Assembly: GCA_003427395.1 (NCBI GenBank)
Contig: BFEA01000004.1
Span: 3,522,302 to 3,585,638, forward strand
Source of the DNA: Chara braunii
Lineage: Eukaryota > Plantae > Charophyceae
Reading direction: 5' to 3'
DNA: 63,337 bases
The notes under the pieces were generated by a model. It ran no database searches and was not told the origin of the DNA. It saw nothing but the letters and a program-made list of their open reading frames with translations. The position numbers were made by a program, and so were the translations under genes. The stretch's first letter is position 1. Every line of letters starts with the position of its first letter. This document shows positions 1-9,185 of this stretch, piece by piece.

Positions 1-125
1 TTTTTTTTTTTTTTTTTTTTTGGGTCCGCGTTCGGCTCGAACGGCCGAACGCATCCCCAAGAGGTCCCATACGTTCGGGCGTTCGGGTTCGGGGGTTCGG
101 CCGGTCCCGAACGCCGGTTACCCTA
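1..125. mobile_element. Right end of a hAT-like MITE (same family as 32289-33048), truncated by the window edge
   Basis: 22-125 aligns with 32946-33048 (ccgcgttcgg...cgttcgggcgttcg...). It ends GGTTACCCTA versus GGCAACCCTG and is followed by (TA)n. Confidence 0.65.
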
Positions 126-149
126 TATATGTATATATATACATATATA

Positions 150-354
150 TTCAATTTTAATTAATTTAAAATTTGGTAAAAAATTTCGATTTGACCCTGA
201 GGCAAAAATTGTTCAGTTTTATTTTTTGCATAACATAGTTTGTTTTCAGAATTTGTCGATTTTTTTTGTTTTTTGCTGGGACCTTCCCTGGTCCTTGCAC
301 GGCCACGCCGCCAGTGAAAATAGGGTGTCCCGGGCGGCCCGGCTGGTAGCCTAG
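150..354. mobile_element. Right part of a MITE of the 21216-21500 family
   Basis: Shares aatttggtaa..aatttcgat, gaaaatagggtg..cc.ggcggcccggctg(g)tagcctag with 21320-21500. Confidence 0.65.
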
Positions 355-1224
355 TTTTCTACATAATTTACTCTTTATATGGGTTGTTTTTCAGGCCCCC
401 GTTGTCGAGCGCATTAGTCCCGCAGGGGGACCCTCCCTGCCGTGTCACACATGATTTTGCAAGACCTCTTTGAAATGGGGCTCTCACCGCTCCAACCGAT
501 TGCACCAGCCACACCTCTCACGAACCACTACGATAAGATAGGGGTCACGCGAGGCACAACTTACCTCTGGCCAAAGGGCTGTCACCACCCTTGAACAAGC
601 GTAACCCCGTCGAGCTACCGAACCACATGTGAAAGTTGCTTGCATGCAATCGGAGAGGTGACTCAACCGAGGGTGTTTCTCGTACGCTGTAGCAGAGGGG
701 TACGGGCAGTTGAATGCCATAATCGAACCAGTACGTGAACCAACGCTTTGGGAGTTGTGCCCCAAGCAGGGTTCAGCGTCGGTTGACTAGAATGCGTTCA
801 TCTGACCACGAGTTACGCCACAAAAAAATAAAACCAAGTTTTATACAAAAATCGCACCTAGTATTTTTTGTGTCTAACTTATAACTGTTCTCATAATTGG
901 GCGCAAAGGTTACATGCGCAAAACTTCGCATAAATAATATTTCGTCGAACAGACGCCTATCACAAATGACCAATTATGAACGAATATGTGAGCAATCGCA
1001 ATGATGGAGTACTATGTAGTGGTACTAGTGCCCTTAAACATGTGACTCATATTAAATCATGGGATTGTATTCAACGCTCAAGTGTCGACTAACGCGCACG
1101 CCAAAGGGGCAGTTCCTTAGCGAGTGCATAAGCAGATTGAGCACCCTGCCATCTTCTGCATCCTACAGTGCCCCAAATGGGGTAGGGTAAGATGACTTCG
1201 AGGGCAGAAGGGAAGAGGCACAAG

Positions 1225-1683
1225 CGGTTATCAGGTAGCTGAAAATTCAGGAATGAAAATTTTGAAGTGAGAGTTTTTGACAGTCTGAAAATCCTGAATG
1301 GTTCTGAAGTGGTGAAAGGTTCGAAGACCCTTAAAACCACCTGTTTAGGCAGGCTGCATCCTGAAGTGGTGAAGGGTGTCTTGAAGTGGTCAAGTGAGAG
1401 TTTTTGGCAATTTGAAAATCCTGAATGCTCCTGAAGTGGTGAAAGGTCCGAAGACCATGAAAACCACCCTTCACCACTTGAGGATGCAGTCTGCCTAAAC
1501 AGGTGGTTTCAGGGTCTTCGGAGCTTTCACCACTTCAGGACCATTCAGGATTTTCAGACATGAATGGTCCTGAAGTGGTGAAAGGTCCGAAGACCCTGAA
1601 AACCACTTTTTTACGCAGGCTGCATCTTGAAGTGGTGAAGGGTGTCCTGAAGTGGTGATGAAAAATACGACTGTTGTTAACCT
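1225..1683. mobile_element. Insertion in the left LTR only: TIR element with cctgaagtggtgaa subrepeats and an internal inversion
   Basis: Absent from the right LTR near 19540. It ends CGGTTATCA...TGTTAACCT, matching the AGGTTAACA TIR at 25237-25719. Confidence 0.55.
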
Positions 1684-2199
1684 TCTCTCCTTAGAGGTGG
1701 TGAGTTGTTTGGTGCATAAACAGCAACACACTGACCCTTCTACCTGGAACCTTGTCGTTCTACCAAGATAAACCTTTAAACAATGAAATATAAAAATGAC
1801 TGCGTACGCTACGATTATTTTTAGGCTTTCGCCTAGAAAGTGCGCATACTGACCATAATAATTATACTTGGAAGAATACTTAAATCGTACTCACTTTTAT
1901 TCGCGGATGCTCATGCCCATAACCTTTTTGTAACTAAAACAAGCAAAAAAATATACGTGAGACTCTAAATTAATATCACAACACCGTAGGCTTTGTCACA
2001 TCGACTAGCCATGCATAATTACGCAGACAGTCCCAAGAATGACGTACTACTAGTATGTAGTACCCATATTCATGTGACCCTTAATGATCTTGGGGGTCGT
2101 TTTTGACACTCAAGTGTCGGCTGACAGGCGTCTCGAAGGGCTCATCTCTCGACGCTAGACAATCGTGGAGTCGATTGCCAAAACGTTTTCTATTAAAAT

Positions 2200-2830
2200 A
2201 TGATCTAGCTCTTCAAAACTAAGAAAATTTGAACAACACTCTCTCTAGAGAAAGTATCTTTTCATAATTTATATTCGACCGAATATAAGATATGAAAGCA
2301 ATTTTTTAACTTACAGAGTCAAAATTTATCTATCTCTCTGAGTTAGCACAAATTCAGGCAGCATCTCTTTTAGAGAAGTAGGTTTTTTAAATTTATACCA
2401 AGTTAGATATCAATTCAAAATAAAGTTTAAATTCTGCCAAAACCGAGTTTAACTAACCTTTTAGTTTTGTATAAATTTCGCCAGCACTCTCTTAAGGAAA
2501 ATGCCTATATTGAATTTATACAAGCTAAATATAAAATCCAAAAATAACTTTGACTTTACAAAGTCAAGTTTTGTCTAAGTCTCTGATTTAGTAAACATTT
2601 TGGCAGCATTTCTCATAGAAAAGTCGGTTTCTCATATTTCTACTACGCGAGATATAAAACTCAGACAAAGATAAAATTTAACTAACTCCTTGAATTTGCA
2701 TAAATTTGGGCAGCACTTCTCTTAGCGAATGTGACTTTTTAAAATTTATACAAAGTCAAGTACGAAAAATAGACTTAACTCGAAAAATGCAGAAATTGAA
2801 CTAACTCTTAGAGCTCCAACACATGGCGAA
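2200..2830. repeat. About five diverged AT-rich ~123-bp subrepeats within the LTR
   Basis: Motif ca(c/t)(t)ctc..tagagaaagt..ttt..aatttata recurs near 2237, 2362, 2485, 2607 and 2714. Same array at about 20990-21910. Confidence 0.6.
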
Positions 2831-3012
2831 CACCTAAAGCAACTACCTACCAAAGTCGATACTCAAACTAAGCAGAGCGTTCATTCAATCTCATGCAATC
2901 TCATACTACAATGGGTAAGTAATCTCACAAAAAATCCCAAGTCGCTTTCACATAAGATAGTTCATTGATTTTCCAGATGATTTTTTTTTTTTTTTCATCT
3001 TACATATGTCGT

Positions 3013-3770
3013 GGCGTTATACTATTCAACATGAAAACAATGCCTAATATATCTTAGATCATACACGAACATATTGCACAACTTCTCGCTTATTTGAGTG
3101 TGTGACTAGACCATTTAGCTAAGAAACAATGTCTAGTCGTCATGACCTATTTAAATATCTAAATTTTAATAACTCCCTGACTTGTCCTCAAAGTATGGGC
3201 AGGGGGCTGAACCATTCAACTTAGAAACAATGCTCAACTTGCCCAGTTTATTTTTAATTATTATCTTGATTTTATCTCACTTCTTAGTGATATTATTTAA
3301 GTTGAACCATCCGACTTGGAAACAATGTTCAACTGTCTGTTCACATGCAAATATAGATGAAGCATTTTCAATTATAGTCATTTGTGCTTATTGTGTGGTT
3401 TTAAGCTAAATCATTCGGCTTGGAAAGAATGTTTAGTCTTTCATAAAAAACCTCCCACAAAATAAAACATGAGATTGAATCATTCAACTTATAAATAACG
3501 TTTAATTTATCTCAAGTCACACAAAAACATGAAATTTGATCATTCAGTTTGGAAACAATGCCCAACTTCACTCAGAAACCTCAAAAGAAGCAGATAGACG
3601 AAGCAATTCAACTTAAAAACAATGCTTGGCCTCAAAAGTAAGACAAGCAAACCCTCAGAAATAAACACAACAACCAGACCATTCAACTTAGAAACAATTT
3701 TCGGTCCTTCAGAAAACAAGCAATAAAACATAGCACGAGACTATTCAGCTTAAAAACAATGTTCAACCTT
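3013..3770. repeat. Array of 10 hairpin repeats (core CATTCRRCTTRGAAACAATG) separated by non-identical spacers; CRISPR-like in layout only
   Basis: Units start at 3021, 3110, 3211, 3306, 3410, 3479, 3539, 3603, 3678 and 3740. Flanking arms are self-complementary per unit, e.g. GACTAGA/TCTAGTC and AGTTGAA/TTCAACT. Confidence 0.85.
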
Positions 3771-4191
3771 TGATTGACCCGGTTGCAAAATTGAGATTCT
3801 CCCACCTTCCCCTAGTTTATCAATTAGTCTGATTTCAGTCAGAATAAAAAAAAAAACTCAAATTTATGCATGCATTCCTTCAATTAATATAATTGAGTTA
3901 TGAAAAAAAAAAAAATCATAAAGGAACACGTACATATCTCTCAAACAAACTAAGGAGATGTAATGGTAAGGGTATATTAGGTTCACACATAAGGCAAAGG
4001 AGGTATACCTTACAGTTCTCTGCCTCCATAACCTAGCCTAGACTCCGGCAAAGTTTCCACGATCGGTGGGGTAACCTCCCACAAAAGCTTTGTTTCGGTC
4101 CTATAAGTTGTAACCCCGACTGTCACCTTCCTCTCCAAACACGGACTAAACTAAGATTAAGAAAGACATAAGGAGAGATATTTAGTCACTC

Positions 4192-4199
4192 ATATATAA
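4192..4199 (-). promoter_or_regulatory. Candidate LTR TATA box
   Basis: TTATATAT on the minus strand, in the element's sense. The equivalent site in the right LTR (about 23318-23325) is decayed. Confidence 0.3.
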
Positions 4200-6530
4200 G
4201 AAGGGTGCGCTGAGTCTCGCGTGAGATGCACTTGAGGGCCCCGCAATAATGACCAAGAACGTAGTAAGAATGGTCAAACAACGACCAAACGCCAAGTGAT
4301 GGCACTCTGACGGACCTCCAAGTTTCAATGATGACCTCGTTTTGCAGCCCGACCACTCCCCCAAGCTGGGATGTCGCTACCTCTGACCGAACGGTCGCTA
4401 TGCAACATAGAAAGCCTACATTCGAATAGAGCCCACCCCTGTGCTCAATTCGAGTATGCGCCATAACAGTCCATCATATGATGAAAACCAGTAGTTGCAC
4501 CGTGGAAAGACACAGTAGCGCTGCAGCAGCAATGTCCAGCAAAGGACAGTGTTGTGCACAACGATACTTGGCGTGTACAGTGTAGCACAACAACAGCATG
4601 ACAAAAACACAGCAAGCGTACCGTAAGTGTCCATCAACCGTGCACAACGACGCAACGCGCACAACAACCTTGTGAAGTAATAATAATGACCTCACCACCG
4701 AACTGCATTCCTCCTGTACACTGACTACGTCTTCGAAGCATAGGTTGTGGCCCAAAAACCTAACTTGTGAACCCTTTAAAATAAAACAACAGTGTGGGAA
4801 AAAAATGGTCACGACACCAACCAAAATGCATGCAAACGTCCGATCGTTCAGATTTCTCCTCTATGACGAGTTATATGTCCTCACTCGTTACCTGCGAACG
4901 ACCCCCTCTTGCGACAACAGCTGCTCACCACGTTCGCACAATCCACACCTCGGAATCTGGAGGTCACAACGCTCCCCGCACAACACTGTGCATGACGGAA
5001 CCGTTGGCTATTGGTAGAATTCTCGTTTGTAAAATCACAATAAATGCCAGAAAGTCGAATGTTGCCCCAAAAGTAGAGACGCAGTAACACTAGCAGTGAA
5101 CAGCCGAAGCCGTAAAAATTAAATGCCCATGAAGACGGATACTCATTACAACCACGATCGCAAACGGAACCGTTTTTCTTAGCAGTGTTCAACACCCAGA
5201 CTGCGATCTCGTAGTTACTCTCTTTAAGGTGAGCAGCGAACAGGCAAAGCGCATGCAAATATTGAGTACACTGAACTCTGCTAAGTCCATTCACGTACCT
5301 TCTGCTTTTCACACTCTCCTTCCGCCCCACCTACTGGCCTTGATTCTTCATGCAACTAGTCTCAATCCCCGACAAGGTACATATTAAACTCCCCTCCAGA
5401 ACTTGGGACGTGCGTGGCTTAGTCTTTGAGACACGCAGACGACCACTGGTCAGATCAACTAGGTACAAACGAGTTATCGAAAACACTGTAAAGTCTGATT
5501 TCAAGATACAGGTAAGCTCCCCGTACCGGGTGAACCCTCTCTCTTTTATATCATCCCTCTCTCTCTCTCATCTGCGCATTCCCCTCTGTGACACCTTTTC
5601 CGACTAACTCCTAAAATCCTTATCTACTATCCTAAGACTTAAACTATCACCATACTCGGAGTCGATATGTATATATACATATATATATATATGACGAGCT
5701 CGACGACGAAGGACATTGGAATCACAGTCACGACGAAAGACTTTGTCGGATGGGTGTCAAGCACATCGTCCCGGAATGGAAGTAAGCACGATCCGCTTAG
5801 ACAATGCCGACCGTGATTGCCACTGAAACGGGGGCGAGCTCTGTACACACAGCAATCGGGAAGGGCACGGTGCATCAACACTTGCATAAAATGAGAATGG
5901 ATTCGAGGACAGACGTGGATATACTTTCCAGCCAAGTGCTCAGAGAGATAGAGAGAGGTTAATTCCCTCGAAAGGATGAGCAAAATCGGAATGAATCTTC
6001 CACTAGAGTGGTAGAGTGTGGACAAATGCATCCTTTATTACACAACCTCCTTTTCCGCTAGCCTGACTTTTTGTCGCTTCTAACCATCCTATCCGCGCGC
6101 AGCCTCTAATGCTCGCACTATAAAAACTAACATCTTACTGCCGAATAAAACCTTGCCATTGCACTCGCGCTGGTCAGAAACCTCGATTAGCCTCTTGTCC
6201 GTTTTTACCCAAAAACAAGTAAGATCGCCCTCCTCCACTCTCCTTCTTCCCTCCTCTCTTCTCCTCGGTATCTTTGCACACCTCTTTCTCCTTCTAGCCC
6301 CCACTACACTCCCTAGTTCTTTTTTCTTACCCCGACATCGTAATTGCCCCGTCCAAAAACCTCAAATTCGACTTTTATTTCGTCGAAATTCATTAAGAGA
6401 TGAGGATGTTATCTCTACCTCCCGCTCTTCAACTAGTCGTTTGAATGCACCTGGTGAATACTGGTGCCCAGGTTCACTCCTCTCCAGTAGTGCCTTCCTG
6501 CTCAACGCAGTCCGACGCTCCTGGCTGTAA

Positions 6531-6770
6531 CAGTTCAAGCTATCCCGAGGGAAACTTTAGAGGGAGTCAACCGCTAGACGGTTCAAATAGTCTTTCACCC
6601 CTAGACCCAGTCCGACGAACGATTGCACGCCAGTATCATTGCGTTTCTGCACCTGAGTGCCCCGGGCTCGCCCTACTTAGGCATAGTTCACCACCTTTCC
6701 CGACCCAAGGGGCATGCTCACACTCAAACATGTCACAGCAGACCGTGGGTGGCGGATGAAGCACCCGCAG
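6531..6770 (-). pseudogene. Diverged fragment of cytosolic LSU (25S/28S) rRNA, 5' domain
   Basis: Minus strand reads gagtgtgagcatgcc..ggtgaactatgcct..gatactggcgtgcaatcgttcgtcggactggg..aggggtgaaagacta..gaaccgtctag..aagtttccctcgggatagct, collinear with conserved eukaryotic LSU sequence. Confidence 0.85.
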
Positions 6771-6954
6771 TTGTGTCGTCCCCGTCATGATAATATCTTT
6801 CGCTTGGATCGCACAGGTCGTAACGGCCTACACCTTTATTGAGAGGTAGGGGCAAAGCCCCGGCTCCACCTCCGAAAATAAGAAAATTTAACATTTTTTT
6901 TTTAAAAGTGGTATTTACCGTGCATTGTAGAGCCCTCACAGGTCTCGCCCATCT

Positions 6955-7025
6955 AACCCCGGTGCGGGTCGAACTCAAATCTGTATTTCAACAGTTCGAG
7001 GATGCACCTACTGAGCCATGCCAGT
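6955..7025 (-). pseudogene. tRNA-derived (Asn-like) head
   Basis: A box TGGCTCAGTAGG (7007-7018), CTGTTGA anticodon-like loop and B box GTTCGACCC (6966-6974). The stems are decayed. Confidence 0.55.
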
Positions 7026-7129
7026 TGGTTTCGGTCCCAACGGGCGCCGCAAGGGCCAAAAGGCAAGATCAAGGTAGGTTGTCACACCTTGGTTTCCTCG
7101 AGTTTGCCCCCTACGTTCTCAATATTGCC

Positions 7130-7200
7130 TATTTGGAGTCGAACTCAGGTCCGTCCTTCAACAGTTCAGGGTGTACCAAGTAAGATAACCCATTGGTTTC
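7130..7200 (-). pseudogene. Second tRNA-derived head, diverged duplicate of 6955-7025
   Basis: gtcgaactca..ttcaacagttc..ttggtttcgg is shared with 6968-7033. B box GTTCGACTC at 7136-7144. Confidence 0.45.
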
Positions 7201-7260
7201 GGCACCAGTTCCAAAACCGGTATCGAAACTCGTACCGAGCTCCGGAGAACAGGACTGAAG

Positions 7261-7301
<41 letters not shown>

Positions 7302-8276
7302 GTTAGGACTCCCTCTTCGGTCGTGCCAACAAGGGCTCGATGTCGTAGCAAACACCCTTATAAGGATATGTATCGTCGTTGTTAAAGGTCGCACTGAGTA
7401 CGTCCTTGATAAACATAACTCACTGATGGGACAGATCCCGTCGGGGAACTCATCTCGGCAACGTCACTTTTGGCGAGACCGAACCAAATATGATCGAGTT
7501 AGAGAGTGTGTGGGGTGCACATTATTGCGTAGCACAGTAAGATAAGCATTTAGTCGTGAACAATACTAGGCCGACGAAAGGCGCCAAAGCCATAGGGTTC
7601 AGTTACACACCTTCTATAATTTTCATTTGGTTATATTTTTCTTTCATTTTATAGTATCTACCTTTACTTCGTAGACCGGCTCAACCTTTTGGCGGGGCCT
7701 ATCGTGAAGGAGATAAAGATCTTACCTGGTGCGCGCATGGGAAGAGTGTGTTTGACGACGCGTTGAAAGGCATGGCTTCGTCAAAACCCATCATGCGGAA
7801 AGTCAAGATTTTACACGATGCATATGGTGTGCACAACGGTCAGGGTTCCGGACGGCTATGAACCTAGGCACGGTCGGTGTCGTCTGGCAGCCGAGAGGCT
7901 CCAAGGCGAAGGCCTGGTTTGTGTTGATAAGCCCAATCACAGTCCTGCGACTGTTTATATGGAGGTTCGAGCATACTTAGCGTAGTCTTGGGCCTAGTAC
8001 TTTTTCAGTTACGGTACTGGACTTTCAAGCGACGGGTTTGGGGTTCAGGGCCTGCATGCCACGATGGAGCAAAGGAGCACGACCAGCTGAGACTGAGGGG
8101 TCGAGGGTTTTGTGGGACTATTCCCCTTGGTTTTGCCAGACGGACCCCGGGCCTGGGTCCGACTGGCGAGACCAAGAGGGTGCCGGAGGGTCCCCGTCCT
8201 CCTCGGTTCCCCATTTTTTCTTTGATTTATTTTTACCAGGCGTGATACCGGCGTCGGGACCAATGATGAAAACAAT

Positions 8277-8335
8277 GGGCCTACCTCAGTTGGTACGTCC
8301 GCGGACTGTTGGAGTACGGACGTCAGTTGTAACGA
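8277..8335 (+). pseudogene. tRNA-derived head, inverted homolog of 7130-7200
   Basis: caatgggcctacctcagttggtac..actgttgga.tacggac aligns with the reverse complement of 7140-7200. A-box-like TACCTCAGTTGG at 8282-8293. Confidence 0.45.
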
Positions 8336-8345
8336 TATAGGGCAA

Positions 8346-9185
8346 GCTGAATTAAGAATTTCTGTGAGGGATGCAGCGAAGAAATACCGCGAGGGAAGGA
8401 TGAACATAACTTCAAAAATAAGGTCAAAAGGGTGCTTGAAATTGCCAAGCGAGATGTGGATAGAGAAAAATCATGCATCCGCACCCTCCTTAATGAGCGT
8501 GGGGTGCATGCCAACGTGGGCTGTAGTGGCCGGCATTACAGTGGGGAACGACTGAAAAAACCCACGGGTGGTCGTCACGGCAATCGAGAACCTTGGGCAC
8601 ACGCCTCTCTTGGAGGGCCTGTTCGGGTTCCTGCGTGTCCAGGATGTTAGTAAAATTTCTCTATCTTACCCATTTTGAAACACGGACCGGGGGAGGGCCA
8701 ACATGCAGATGAGCCTGTGGGTGCAAAGCCCACGGAGCAGCGACATCTTGAGTGGCGGGGATCTCATGCAGATGCATCGTCCGCTAGCCAGGATCTGCTG
8801 CTGGAAAGCTTGAGAGTGACCAGGCCCGCAGGACTCGAGAAATGATGAACTGTGTCCGGGCATGGCACAATCTGCCGGCCATTATCAGCGGCGAGAGGTT
8901 TGAGAACAAGCAGGTCCGTGGGACCCAAAAGATGTTAAACTGTGCCTGGGCAAGGCACAACCGGAGGGGACTTGAGTATGAGCAGGCCCATGGGACCCGA
9001 AAGATAGTGGATTGTGTCTGGGCAAGGCATAGCATGAGGCATGTTCTTAGGGGAGGAAAGGCATGCAGCGGTACACACGTGCAAATAGGTCGTCCAGATT
9101 TGGGAATAAGGACGAAAGAGCCATCGATCCAGATGTTGGCTGGTCCCCTTCAAAATCTTTCCTCAAAGTGGCTGAACTCAGAGTT
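8346..9185 (+). pseudogene. Diverged LSU rRNA 5'-domain fragment with an internal triplication
   Basis: Contains, in LSU order, taccgcgagggaaggatgaa..gtgcttgaaattg, ttgaaacacggacc, gggacccgaaagat and cgtgcaaat..gtc..ttggg.ataagg.cgaaaga..atcga..gctggt.ccct. Confidence 0.85.

Larger units (their letters stand above)
403..5115 (-). repeat. 3' LTR (~4.7 kb or longer; far boundary uncertain)
   Basis: Collinear by eye with 18755-24332, up to cactagcagtgaacagccgaagc (about 5088-5110) versus cactagcaatgaacagtcgaagc (about 24307-24329). Candidate CA + pyrimidine tract (reverse-complement PPT) at 5312-5328 or 5552-5569. Confidence 0.75.

Noticed and set aside
3013-3770. True CRISPR array
   Set aside because: Eukaryotic LTR context and no cas genes. 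The repeats are degenerate, spacing varies from 60 to 104 bp, and the spacers are the same in both LTR copies, so there is no sign of acquisition.
7456-7465. 5.8S rRNA start (CTCGGCAACG)
   Set aside because: A 10-nt match only; the following sequence does not continue as 5.8S.
7718-7728. U1 snRNA 5' end (ATCTTACCTGG)
   Set aside because: No U1 stem-loops or Sm site follow.
6531-9185. Functional rRNA genes
   Set aside because: Short, heavily mutated, inverted and partly triplicated fragments, with no 18S-5.8S-28S operon.
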